Below, in pieces: positions 1-13,391 of a DNA stretch of 64,000 bases; position 1 is the first letter of the stretch, and every line of letters starts with the position of its first letter. Source of the stretch: Octopus sinensis. Its lineage: Eukaryota. A program made the position numbers and the translations under genes. The notes under the pieces are model-generated. The model searched no databases and was not told where the DNA came from. It saw only the letters and a program-made list of their open reading frames with translations. The stretch lies in the NCBI RefSeq assembly GCF_006345805.1, contig NC_043025.1, positions 6,014,001 through 6,078,000 of the forward strand, in the 5' to 3' direction.

Positions 1-1400
1 TACAAATTATATATTTGTATATAAATATATACAAATTATATATATGTATATGAATATATACAAATTATATATATGTATATGAATATATACAATTATATAT
101 ATGTGTATGAATATAATACAAATAATATATATGTAATGAATATATATACAAATAATATATGTATATGAATATATATACAAATAATATATATGTATATGAA
201 TATATATACAAATAATATATGTATATGAATATATACAAATTATATATGTGTATGAATATATATACAAATAATATATATGTATATGAATATATATACAAAT
301 AATATATATGTATATGAATATATATACAAATAATATATATGTATATGAATATATATACAAATAATATATATGTATATGAATATATGCAAATAATATATAT
401 GTATATGAATATATGCAAATTATATATATGTATATGAATATATACAAATTATATATATGTATATGGATATATACAAATTATTTATATGGATATGAATATA
501 TACAAATTATGTATATGAATATATACAAATTATATATACGTATATGAATACATACAAATTATATATACGTATATGAATATATACAAATTATATACACGTA
601 TATGAATATATACAAATTATATACACGTATATGAATATATACAAATTATATATATGATATACAGATTATATATCTGTATATGAACATATACAAATTATAT
701 ATATATATATATATGTATATGAATATATACAGATTATATATATATATATGTATATGAATATGTACAGATTATATATATATATGTACATGAATATGTACAA
801 ATTATATATATAGTATAGAAATTTATATATAATTTGTAAATTATATATTATATATGATATGTACAAATTATATATATATGTATATAATAATACAAATTAT
901 ATATGTATATGAATATATACAAATTATATATATGTATATGAATATATACAAATTTATATATGTATATGATATATACAAATTATATATATGTATATGAATA
1001 TATACAAATTATATATATGTATACAATTATATATATGTTTATAAATGTATGCAAATTATATATATGTTTATAAATGTATGCAAATTATATATATGTTTAT
1101 AAATGTATACAAATTATATATATGTATATAAATGTATACAAATTATATATATGTATATAAATGTATACAAATTATATATATGTATATAAACGTATACAAA
1201 TTATATATATATGTATATAAACGTATACAAATTATATATATGTATATAAACGTATACAAATTATATATATGTATATAAACGTATACAAATTATATATATG
1301 TATATAAACGTATACAAATTATATATATGTATATGTATATAAATGTATACAAATTATATATATTTATATGTATATACATGTATACAAATTATATATATTT
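1..1400. repeat. AT-rich minisatellite (~26-30 bp unit, TATATATGTATATGAATATATACAAAT-like)
   Basis: Directly visible tandem units with TACAAAT(T/A)ATATAT anchors; the ORFs here are repeat translations. Confidence 0.95.
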
Positions 1401-1405
1401 ATATG

Positions 1406-1437
<32 letters not shown>

Positions 1438-1613
1438 CATATATTATATATATATACATATTATATATATATATACATAATATTATAAATAGATGAGTGT
1501 ATTTTACCTTGTTAACATAATATATATATATATACATATTAAATATATATATACATATTATATAATATATACATATTATATATATATATACATATTATAT
1601 ATTATATACATAT

Positions 1614-1679
<66 letters not shown>

Positions 1680-1696
1680 ATATATATATGTATACA

Positions 1697-1752
1697 CTGT
1701 CCAAGCCTTGCTAGCACGGAAAACGGTGTTAAACGATGATGATGATGACGAC
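1697..1752 (+). mobile_element. RTE LINE extreme 3' tail fragment with (GAT)n (second copy ~4712-4766)
   Basis: Reverse complement of the tail attached to the RT-coding RTE copy at 47376-47430. Confidence 0.75.
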
Positions 1753-2577
1753 GATTCTCCGTATTTTTTTCTCTCTCCTTTCTCTCTCACTTTCCCACTC
1801 TCTTAGTTTTCTTATCTCTCTCGACTCTTCCTCGCTTTCTCTTACTCTCTATTTATCTATCTCTCTCCCATTTATAAACAACAGAAGATCTTGAGTAAGT
1901 TGAGAAATAAAATATTTAGAAAGATCAATCAGAAATATGAGGCAGTGATAATGGAAAAGTCTGCTTCAAGGCAGACAGCAAAATGCTAACATTTAAAAGG
2001 GACAAACGGACTTGCGAGCTGAAGAAAAATAATAAAATATTGAAACCAAAGTTTGAATGGATAGAATCTGAGGATAGTAGAGTCACCATGGCTGGCACTT
2101 CTTAACGACGGACAGCAACGTAGTGACAGTTTAACGACTGGCGTAAAATTTTCAACTTGATGTAAAAGAAAATTCGTAAATCAAGTTTAAGTGATTCTTT
2201 CTCACGACAGTAGACTCACCATGGACTCTTTATCATGGACTCTTTATCATGGACTCTTTATCATGGACGGCAACACATTGACGATTAAAAGGCTGGCGCA
2301 AATTTTATAGCTTGATGTAACAGAGAATTCCTAAACACCCGCTCCTTTAAATTTTAATCCCATTCCAGCCCCATTTAGACCACTTTTCACATTTTGGTTA
2401 ACATAACCCGATTTCATTCGGGTCTACTGGGGCCACATTTTATAAGATGAGGAATTTTGTCCTAGAGGTGACGCCTTTCATTTGAGGAAAAAAATAGTTG
2501 TCATGGAAACTTGCCAGCACTTTTAACATAGGTATGCACATTTTCAGCTGAATCGACCGACTACGTAATGCACACAT

Positions 2578-2608
<31 letters not shown>

Positions 2609-2631
2609 ATATATATGTGTGTGTGTGTGTG

Positions 2632-2665
<34 letters not shown>

Positions 2666-3053
2666 CACGCATTATATATACAAATGTATACAAATGAGAT
2701 ATAGATCTGTATAAATTAAATTAGAGATAAAACCACTAATAGGCAAATCAAACAGTGAAAAACCAAACACAAAAACATTAAAAAAAAATATAATATAGAA
2801 AATATAGAAAATATAAAATTGAAAAATTTAAATTATTTAAATTGAAAATAAAAATTATTAAATATATTTATAATTTGTTTAAAAATATATATAACTATGA
2901 AAAAGTATGAAAAAGTTAACATACATAAATAAAGATATATACACTTTGTATATATACATTATATATACATATTTATATATAGAACACACACACACACATA
3001 CATTATATATACATATTTATATATAGAACACACACATACATTATATATACATA

Positions 3054-3270
3054 TCTATATATATAAAACTGTAGTTGTGTGAGTGTCTGTCTCCTACGAT
3101 TTAGATTCCTAACTACTCCCACATTTTGCGGTGCAGTTTAACCAAATTCGGGTACCTTATAGTTGTGATTCATATCGAGCCCGTCTGGGTATTAGCGCGC
3201 GTCTACGATGAGTCTATGATTTTAAAAATAATTTAACATCATTTTTTTCCATTTTAACGCATATTTTTTC
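3054..3270 (+). mobile_element. Helitron 5' terminal segment (second copy ~6078-6290)
   Basis: A|TCTATATATATAAAA start; the next ~200 bp are shared with the complete Helitrons at 8152-8537 and 10556-11397. Confidence 0.75.
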
Positions 3271-4100
3271 GTGTGTCGATGGCGGCGGAGTTGGCGTCCA
3301 TGCTCACGCCTGCACCTGTGTTGCTTCTCCCCTTTCTTCCCGCCCAATGGCGCCCAGAGCGAGCTCTGGTCGCCATAGCGCTCACTGTGGTCTCGTAGCC
3401 GTGGACAGTGAGCCCAATAGCACCCAGAGCCCAGCTCAGCACACTCCTTATACCCTAAGTAAGTCATGTGTAAAATTTGAATGAAATTGGTTGTGTAGTT
3501 CTCATTTTAGGGAACACACAGACAGACAGACACACATTCTCAGATACATAAAAGAATGAGAGTGGGTGATGTTTTTTTGTTGGACAATGTATTAAGGTAG
3601 TATTGTTTTAAAACGAAAGAGGCAATGTGTTCGTTTCAAAAATAAAAAAGACAAACGTCCGCCAATGGGAAGACAGTTCATATTCGATTAGAGACACTCT
3701 GGGTATAATCATAAAAGTGAAAAATGGAATTTTTAGGCAAATCAAACAGTGAAAAACCAAAAAGAAAAACATTAAAAAAAAAATATAATATAGAAAATAT
3801 AAAATTGAAAAATTTAAATTAAATTGAAAATAAAAATTATTAAATTATATTTATAATTTGTTTAAAAATATATATAACTATGAAAAAGTATGAGAAAGTT
3901 TAATATACATACTACAGATATATACACTTTGTATATATACATTATATATACATATTTATATAGAACACACACACACACACATACATTATATATACATATT
4001 TATATAGAACACCCACACACATACATTATATATACATATTCATATATAGAACACACACATACATTATATATACTATTTATAATGAACACAACACATATAG

Positions 4101-4348
4101 AACCCTAACCCTAACCCTAATCCTAACCCAATGGCGCCCAGAGCGAGCTCTGGTCGCCATAGCGCTCACTGTTGTCTCGTAGCCGTGGACAACAGTGAGC
4201 CCAATGGCGCCCAGAGCCCTGCTCCTGACACTCCGTGGACCCTAAGCAAGGCGTGTGTAAAATTTGAATGAAATTGGTTGTGTAGTTCTCAAGTTATAGG
4301 GATTCACACAGACAGACAGATACACATTCTTAGTTTCATATATATCGA
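4101..4348 (-). mobile_element. Helitron-like 5' segment, second family, running into (TTAGGG)n (related partial copy 3345-3545; duplicates 6395-6600, 7170-7412)
   Basis: Minus strand starts A|TCGATATATATGAAACTAAGAATGTG...TCTGTCTGTCTGTGTG, the same 5' architecture as the other Helitron heads; AACCCT repeats at 4101-4129. Confidence 0.55.
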
Positions 4349-4352
4349 TATA

Positions 4353-4391
4353 CTAGCATTATGACCCGGTCGTTGCCGGGTCATAGTGCTA
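4353..4391 (-). mobile_element. Helitron 3' terminus (hairpin + CTAG|T); duplicate at 7416-7453
   Basis: Minus strand reads ...GACCCGGCAACGACCGGGTCATAATGCTAG|T; the CCCGG-CAACG-CCGGG core matches the other Helitron ends in the window. Confidence 0.8.
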
Positions 4392-4669
4392 TTCCATGTA
4401 TATATGAGTATATATATGTGTTCATATTACATGTACAGATATATATACATATATATATATATATACATATATTATATATATATACATATTATATATATAT
4501 ATACATAATATTATAAATAGATGAGTGTATTTTACCTTGTTAACATATATATTATATATACATATTATATATATATACATATTATATATATATATTACAA
4601 TTATATATATATATACATATTATAGATATATTTATATATATACATATTGTATATATTAATATATATATA

Positions 4670-4700
<31 letters not shown>

Positions 4701-5590
4701 AATGTATACACTGTCCAAGCCTTGCTAGCACGGAAAAACGGGTGTTAAACGATGATGATGATGACGATTCTCCGTATTTTTTTCTCTCTCCTTTCTCTCT
4801 CACTTTCCCACTCTCTTAGTTTTCTTATCTCTCGGACTCTTCCTCGCTTTCTCTTACTCTCTATATTTATCTATCTCTCTCCCATTTATAAACAACAGAA
4901 GATCTTGAGTAAGTTGAGAAATAAAATATTTAGAAAGATCAATCAGAAATATGAGGCAGTGATAATGGAAAAGTCTGCTTCAAGGCAGACAGCAAAATGC
5001 TAACATTTAAAAGGGACAAACGGACTTGCGAGCTGAAGAAAAATAATAAAATATTGGAAACCAAAGTTTGAATGGATAGAATCTGAGGATAGTAGAGTCA
5101 CCATGGCTGGCACTTCTTAACGACGGACAGCAACGTAGTGACAGTTTAACGACTGGCGTAAAATTTTCAACTTGATGTAAAAGAAAATTCGTAAACATCA
5201 AGTTTTGAAGTGATTCTTTCTCACGACAGTAGACTCACCATGGACTCTTATCATGGACTCTTTATCATGGACTCTTTATCATGGACGGCAACACATTGAC
5301 GATTAAAAGGCTGGCGCAAATTTTATAGCTTGATGTAACAGAGAATTCCTAAACACCCGCTCCTTAAAATTTTATCCCATTCAGCCCCATTTAGACCACT
5401 TTTCACATTTTGGTTAACATAACCCGATTTCATTCGGGTCTACTGGGGCCACATTTTATAAGATGAGAATTTGTCCTAGAGGTGACGCCTTTCATTTGAG
5501 GAAAAAAATAGTTGTCATGGAAACTTGCCAGCACTTTTAAATAGGTATGCACATTTTCAGCGCTGAATCGACCGACTACGTAATGCACAC

Positions 5591-5629
<39 letters not shown>

Positions 5630-7814
5630 ATATATATGTGTGTGTGGTGTGTGGTGCGTGTGTGTGGTGTGTGTGTGTGTGTGCACGCATTATATATACA
5701 AATGTATACAAATGAGATATAGATCTGTATAAATTAAATTAGAGATAAAACCACTAATAGGCAAATCAAACAGTGAAAAACCAAACACAAAAACATTAAA
5801 AAAAAATATAATATAGAAAAAATATAGAAAATAAAAATTGAAAAATTTAAATTATTAATTGAAAATAAAAATTATTATTTAATTTATAATTTTATAATTT
5901 GTTTAAAAATATATATAAAACTATGAAAAAGTATGAAAAAGTTTAACATACATAAATAAAGATATAGACACTTTGTATATATACATTATATATACATATT
6001 TATATATAGAACACACACACACCATACATTATTATACATATTTATATATAGAACACACACATACATTATATATACATATCATATATATAAAACTGTAGTT
6101 GTGTGAGGTCTGTCTCCTACGATTTAGATTCCTACTACTCCCACATTTTGCGGTGCAGTTTAACCAATTCGGGTACCTTATAGTTGTGATTCATATCGAG
6201 CCCGTCTGGGTATTAGCGCGCGTCTACGATGAGTCTATGATTTTAAAAAATTTTAACATCATTTTTTTCCATTTTAACGCATATTTTTTCGTGTGTCGAT
6301 GGCGGCGGAGTTGGCGTCCATGCTCACGCCTGCACCTGTGTTGCTTCTCCCCTTTCTTCCGTCCCTGTGTTGCTTCTCCCCTTTCTTCCCGCCCAATGGC
6401 GCCCAGAGCGAGCTCTGGTCGCCATAGCGCTCACTGTGGTCTCGTAGCCGTGGACAGTGAGCCCAATGGCACCCAGAGCCCAGCTCAGCACACTCCTTAT
6501 ACCCTAAGTAAGTCATGTGTAAAATTTGAATGAAATTGGTTGTGTAGTTCTCAAGTTTTAGGGAAACACACAGACAGACAGACACACATTCTCAGATACA
6601 TAAAAGAATGAGAGTGGGTGATGTTTTCTTTGTTGGACCAATGTATTAAGGTAGTATTGTTTTAAAACGAAAGAGGCAATGTGTTCGTTTCAAAAATAAA
6701 AAAGACAAACGCCGCCAATGGGAAGACAGTTCATATTCGATTAGAGACACTCTGGGTATAATCATAAAAGTGAAAAATGGAATTTAGGCAAATCAAACAG
6801 TGAAAAACCAAAAAGAAAAAAAACATTAAAAAAAAATATAATATAGAAAATATAAAATTGAAAAATTTAAATTAAATTGAAAATAAAAATTATTAAATTA
6901 TATTTATAATTTGTTTAAAAATATATATAACTATGAAAAAGTATGAGAAAGTTTAATATACATAACTACAGATATATACACTTGGTAGATAGACATTAGA
7001 TAACATATTTATATATAGAACACACACACAACACACATACATTATATATACATATTTATATATAGAACACACACACACACATACATTATATATACATATT
7101 CATATATAGAACACACACACATACATTATATAACATATTTATATATAGAACACCAAAATATAGAACCAAAACCTAACCCTAATCCTAACCCAATGGCGCC
7201 AGAGCGAGCTCTGGTCGCCATAGCGTCACTGTTGTCTCGTAGCCGTGGACAACAGTGAGCCCAATGGCGCCCAGCCCGAGCCCTGCTCCTGACACTCCGT
7301 GGACCCTAAGCAAGGCCGTGTGTAAAATTGAATGAAATTGGTTGTGTAGTTCTCAAGTTATAGGGATTCACACAGACAGACAGATCAACATTCTTAGTTT
7401 CATATATATCGATAACTAGCATTATGACCCGGTCGTGCGGGTCATAGTGCTATTCCATGTATATATGAGTATATATATGTGTTCATATTACATGTACAGA
7501 TATAATACACATTATATATATTATATATATATATATACATTACACATAAAATACAAAATACAATGTTATATCTTGATATCGCTAGTGATGACAATACTCA
7601 AAATATATAACAGACTGGAATTGTAGGCCGTCTCTTGCATTTTCGACCACTGTATTTTGTCCTCCCTCTGGTGTAGAAGTGTGGCTACAATCCAGCCTAC
7701 CTCTACTTCTGCGGGGATATCTTTCATAGTCGCACCAAGACACTTTTCGATGGTGCTTTCCTCCAGGTGTTCAAATCTTCTTTTTTTCTCTACATTGTAT
7801 GCTTTATAGACAAT

Positions 7815-8065
7815 TGTATATATGCAAACTGTATATAGGTATGTAAATATATGCAAATTGTATATAGGTATGTAAATATATGCAAATTGTATATAGGTAT
7901 GTATATACATGCAAATTGTATATAGGTATGTATATACATGCAAATTGTATATAGGTATGTAAATACATGCAAATTGTATATAGGTATGTAAATATATGCA
8001 AATTGTGTATAGGTATGTAAATATATGCAAATTGCATATAGGTATGTAAATATGTAAATATATTT
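7815..8065. repeat. 30-bp minisatellite (TGTATATAGGTATGTAAATATATGCAAAT-like)
   Basis: About eight visible tandem units. Confidence 0.9.
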
Positions 8066-8151
8066 CTACATGTCCCTGTAAATTTTGGAGCGAATCGGAC
8101 GGGACGTAGTGGCATTGAAAGCGATCCAAGCGGTATATATATATATATATA

Positions 8152-8537
8152 CTAGCAGTATCGCCCGGCGTTGCTCGGGTTGTAAGGGAAATAACTATAT
8201 AAGCATTTTTAGAGAATTATAGCAAAAAAATGCATTAAAAATTGAAAAAAAATTAAGGTAAATTTTTTTTTAAATCGTTGACACATCGTAGATATTTTTA
8301 GAGAGTTACTTCCCTTATATAAAAGCGAAAAAAATGCATTCAAATGGAAAAATATGATGGTAAATTTTTTTTAAATCGTAGACTCATCGTAGACGCGCGC
8401 TAATACCCAGAAGGGCTCGATATGAATCACGACTATAAGATACCCGCTTTTAGTTAAACTGCACGGCAAAATGTGGGAGTAGTTACGAATCTAAATCGAA
8501 GGGGACAGACACACACAACTTCACTCTTATATAAAGA
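8152..8537 (-). mobile_element. Complete non-autonomous Helitron (386 bp)
   Basis: 5' A|TCTTTATATAAG, 3' hairpin CCCGAGCAACGCCGGG then ATACTGCTAG|T; inserted in an AT dinucleotide with no TSD, as expected for Helitrons. Confidence 0.9.
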
Positions 8538-9112
8538 TGCTTATTTTTTTTCAGTCATAGAGTTAGATTTATGAAGGTCTTCAGTAGAAAATCCTTCGAA
8601 TTCTGACTCGCTGCTTGATATAATGAAATTCGTATCCATTTTTTGTCAGAATTACAAATTTTGAAAACACAATAGGACAAATTTCGGAAAAAAAATCTCC
8701 ATAATTCACTGAATTAAATTAAGCACTTCGATTTTTGTACAAAACTGTATTTGAAGTGTTTACGAAGTATAATACGTGTTTTCACGAATGTACTAAGAGA
8801 TTTACTCTGATATCTCTATTTAAATATGAATAGGTAAATTCGGGCGGTTTGGTAACGAAAGGGTTTATATAAGTGTCGTCTGTTTATACATAAACACTGT
8901 TGTTTCATACTTTCAGTTTAGTCTTGCTCAAATCATTCTGTCGCTAATTTACTCTCTTTCCAAGAACATTTTCACTCACTGTTATCTGTTAGCTTCCCAT
9001 ACATTTTACTCATGTATCTATCAGCGTGATAGACAGAAACAAATATTACATTTACTTTCATTTTATTCGTCGCACACTGTGTGTGTGCGTTTGCGTGTGG
9101 TGTAAACCAGAC

Positions 9113-9545
9113 TAAGAAAGCATTTGACACACACACCAGAATGTGAGTTTTCTGTAAAGTTTGCTTAATTGGAGTTTAAATTTTAAAAACTGGACCTGGC
9201 ATGACGCGATGCATTGTACTCTCAAAAATGCTAGGTAAATTGTAATTGAAGAAATCCTATATTGTAGATTTGTATAACTCCCAAAGGGAGGCAGATAAAA
9301 TCTGCCTTTTATAATAAGAGATATATATCTTATTATAATCTTATTATAAAAGGCAGATTTTATCTGCGTCCCTTGTCTCTTATAGAAATCTACAATATAG
9401 GATTTCTTCAATTACAATTTACCTAGCATTTTTAAGAGTTGAATGCATCGGGTCATGCCAGGTCCAGTTTTTAAAATTTCAACCCCAATTAAGCAAAATT
9501 TAGAGAAAACTCACATTGTGGTGTGTAAGTCAAGTGCTTTTCTTA
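9113..9545. mobile_element. Fold-back / MITE-like palindrome (~205-bp arms, almost no spacer)
   Basis: 9113-9319 is the reverse complement of 9339-9545 with scattered mismatches; the centre is GATATATATC. Confidence 0.85.
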
Positions 9546-9965
9546 TTTTGGGCTAGAGTACACGCACGCACACACATACACACACACACACAAAAACGGA
9601 GCGATCTGATTCACTCACGCTATCACTCTAATTTCTACTCCTTTCTCTTTGCAAGTGTGCAACGATTAAAGTGAAACTATTTCTATAAAACGAGAGAAGT
9701 GTACCTTAAACCACTACTTAAAAAAAAACACAGCAAACAGAAACAAATAAATACATAACGATTTACTCCTCACACAATTTCTTCAATTAGAGTTTACCCA
9801 TGATTTTTCAAAGTACTTCCATGCCATACAAAATTTCTTTCAATTTTACCCCCAATTAAGACAAAATTCGTGAAAACTCAATATTTTAACATTTCACTCT
9901 GCATATTACTCCCACTTCCTATTTACACACATAGACACGCAAATATATAAATAAAATTGTAAGCT

Positions 9966-10006
<41 letters not shown>

Positions 10007-10155
10007 GTGTGAGTGTGTGTGTGTGTGTGCGTCTGTGTGTGCGTCTGTGTGTGTGTGAGGGTGCGTGTGTGTCTGTGTGTGTGTGTGCGTGTGTGTGAGT
10101 GTGTGACAGGGATGAGCAAGTCAAACTGGTCATCCTTTTTGCTAGATCACCTAAC

Positions 10156-10462
10156 ATCTAAAGTTATCTCTAAGTAGCAGTCGCCCAAAAGTGTATATAG
10201 ACACACACATGTATGTATAATGTGTGTGTATATATTTCCATAGAGGTAACCATTCACTCCATACAAAGTTATTTAGGACGAATTGGACGAATATAAGATC
10301 TAAAGTATATCCAAGTAGCAGAAAGATCGCCCAAAAGTGTATATAGATATTTAAATGTATTTATATATTCATCTATACACACATGTATGTATAATGTGTG
10401 TGTATATATTTCCATAGAGGTAACCATTCACTCCGCACAAAGTTTTTTAGGACGGACGAAAA
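10156..10462. repeat. Local direct duplication (~140-165 bp)
   Basis: CGCCCAAAAGTGTATATAGA...CCATAGAGGTAACCATTCACTCC occurs twice in tandem. Confidence 0.85.
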
Positions 10463-10555
10463 TCTTTATATATAAAAGAAAGGTTGTGTGTTTGTCTACT
10501 CCGAGACATCCTAAGTTAGAAACTACTTTCACTTTCTAGTTGCTCTTTGAGTTTA

Positions 10556-11396
10556 TCTTTATATATAAAAGAGAGGTTGTGTGTCTGTCTCCTACGATTT
10601 AAATTCCTAACTACTCCCACATTTTGCGATGCAGTTTAACCAAAACCGGGTATCTTATAGTCGTGATTCATATCGAGCCCTTCTGGGTATTAGCGCGCGT
10701 CTATGATGAGTCTACGATTTTAAAAATAATTTACCATCATTTTTTTCCATTTTAATGCATATTTTTTTAAATAAGGGAAGTAACACTCAAAACTTACACC
10801 AATATGCGTGCTCATATGCGACGTAATATCACATCAGCAGCATTTCCTCACACTTTCCTTGCACTTGGCGAAGGCAAAATACCAGGGTGTGAAAATGGTA
10901 ATATTGCCATCGATTCCATTTGTACCATTGTTAAGACGCCTCCTGATCTCAGAGATGCAGTGTTCCCAGATCTACAAGCTAATTATCAGAATATGGATTG
11001 GATTGGCAAAAAGGCTATACTGGCCCCGAGGAATAAAACTGTTCACCATATTAATGATGAAATGCTAAAACTCATTCCTGGGGAAGTCTAGTATATCAGT
11101 CTATCGATACAACTCCTGACCCAGAGGACGTCATCAACTATCCAATAGAGGTACTCAATTCCTTTGAGCACCCCGGACTACCACCATACTTTCTCAAACT
11201 TAAAGTTGGTGTCCCTATAATGCTCATCAGAATTGGTTCCCCCAAAACAATGCAATGGCACACGTTTGATCGTTAAGTCCTTATCTCCCACCGTAAACTT
11301 ATTCAATATTTGCCTGAATAATCATCATAATTCAGTGCAATCATTAACAGTACTTTCAAGCAATTCAGCCCCGAGCAACGCCGGGCAATTCTGCTA

Positions 11397-11397
<1 letters not shown>
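10556..11397 (+). mobile_element. Internally deleted Helitron carrying a PIF1-family helicase fragment
   Basis: A|TC start and hairpin + CTAG|T end. 10804-11295 translates, across frameshifts, to ...[33 protein letters not shown] / [34 protein letters not shown] / [11 protein letters not shown], the hallmark motifs of the Helitron RepHel helicase C-terminus. Confidence 0.92.
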
Positions 11398-11453
<56 letters not shown>

Positions 11454-12339
11454 TATATATATAAGGCTGAAGTTGTCTGGATATATGTATTTATGTGTGT
11501 GTGTGTGTGTGTAGTATGTATGTGTAGAGACCTCTTTTGGCTCCACCTGAGTTTTGAAACTGAATGGGTAAATTTCCCCCTAACTATAGAGCCTTATATT
11601 CTGTGAGGAACAATGTTGTTTTATTCAACCGATGGCCTTCCCAACATTTGATTGATGTATTTTCCTCTTGACCCATAACCCTTCTAGTTTGTAAAGGGTT
11701 TAAATAAATAATATAAGGATCTTTACCCTTTCAACGGCAGATCGAGAAATATATTTTTTGTAACTAAACACTTTCAACCTTCGGACACTAACCCTAACCC
11801 TAATGTGTCATATAAAACATTTTTACTTTTAATGTTACTCTTGACCGCGGCCATGCTGGAGCATCGCCTTTAATCGAGCAACTCGACCCCGGGACTTATT
11901 CTTTTGTAAGCCCAGTACTTATTCTATCCTTAACCAATTGTATTGTCTGTTTTCATTTGAAATTATTAGCTGCATAGTGTTAATGTGACGTAGATAGCTA
12001 TTTTGTGAGTGGGTAAGCAGTAAGCAAACAGCTGTGGTAGATGTGGTTATCATGGCAGTGTGGTACTGGTGACAGTGGATGTGTATGATGGCAGCAATTA
12101 TAGTGTTGGTGTTTTTGTAGAGTGGTGGTGGTGGCGGCAGTGGATGATGATGATAATGATGATGATAGTAGTAGTAGTAGCATTGATTATGTTAGGATGT
12201 CTCATGGATGGTAGTGTTGGTGTGTGTGTGTGTGTGTGTATGTATGGATCAAAACAGTTTGATTCAAATTCTGTGGTTCTTATATATCATACATACATAT
12301 ACATGTAGATGTATATAACATATATATATGTATGTAAAC

Positions 12340-12399
<60 letters not shown>

Positions 12400-12473
12400 G
12401 TATGCATCTATAATACACACACATTATAAATATATACACATATATGCATATGCATTAGAATATGTGTGTATAG

Positions 12474-12510
<37 letters not shown>

Positions 12511-12944
12511 TATGTTGTATACATGTGTATGTAGCTATTAGGATCTACACAATTTTATATATACTCCACGAAGTTTATGATAAGTGGAGATGTCTACATT
12601 TAGTTAGCTATTTACATGTTTACGTTAACCACGTCAACAAAAAACTGTTTACGTCACAGTAACAATATTTTGAGAGGCAGTAAATAATATGAGGCCGAAA
12701 GAAAGAATATCATTGGTTAAAATTCGAATTATTAAACAACGTTAAACTTAGAAATTACAATTTCGTTTTCATTTTGGTTTACAATTATGTTTTCTTTTGA
12801 CACATTCTACCAGTATACGAAGTTTCAAATTGTTTAGTTAACTAGGAAAATCTGGCTTTCAAAAAGAAAAGATCCTAGAAGACACTTGCCCAAGGTGCCA
12901 CGCAGTGGAACTGAACCCGCACACAGCCACTCCTGCGCCTATGT

Positions 12945-13025
12945 TGAATAAAATCATAATTCACTGATCCTCCTGTATTTTCTTTCGCCCAAAGCCAGGG
13001 ACTTTTCAGAACTAACCCCTTGGTT
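12945..13025 (-). mobile_element. Probable Tc1/mariner terminal inverted repeat fragment
   Basis: Minus strand reads GGGG..CTGAAAAGT(C)CCTGGCTTT..., which resembles mariner-type TIRs; no partner end found. Confidence 0.4.
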
Positions 13026-13391
13026 TTACAGTCTGCTTGTATACCTCCTTCGCGGCGAAATCTCCAAGGGTTATTTTTCCCTATACAAAAATGTTTACGG
13101 ATAATTTCCTGGTCACGTTCTGGTATAATGCAAGCGGGATTACTTGTTACCTGTAATTTTCAGAGAGTGTTTCAATAAATTTATACCAGGCTTTTTGGCA
13201 CTCCTCACCTGTGTGCCGCTCGTCTCCGACCTTTTTGCCTCATAACTTTCAGAAAAAAATCGATATTTTTAAATGAAATTTTCTACAAATACAATTCAGA
13301 TGATGTAGATATCGATTATATCGGAATTTGTGGTGAAAAAGCATTTTTTGTGGGGGCCAGGAGAGGAGTTTCGGAATATTCACATGACTAT

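Larger units (their letters stand above)
1410..7530. repeat. ~3.05-kb tandem (segmental) duplication, two copies
   Basis: AGATGAGTGTATTTTACC at 1491 and 4519; Helitron hairpin CTAG at 4353 and 7416; all intervening blocks are collinear. The copies differ mostly by 1-nt indels. Confidence 0.95.

Noticed and set aside
4101-4129. Telomere or chromosome-end signal from (AACCCT)n (also ~7170 and ~11790)
   Set aside because: There are only 2-5 units, embedded in dispersed repeats.
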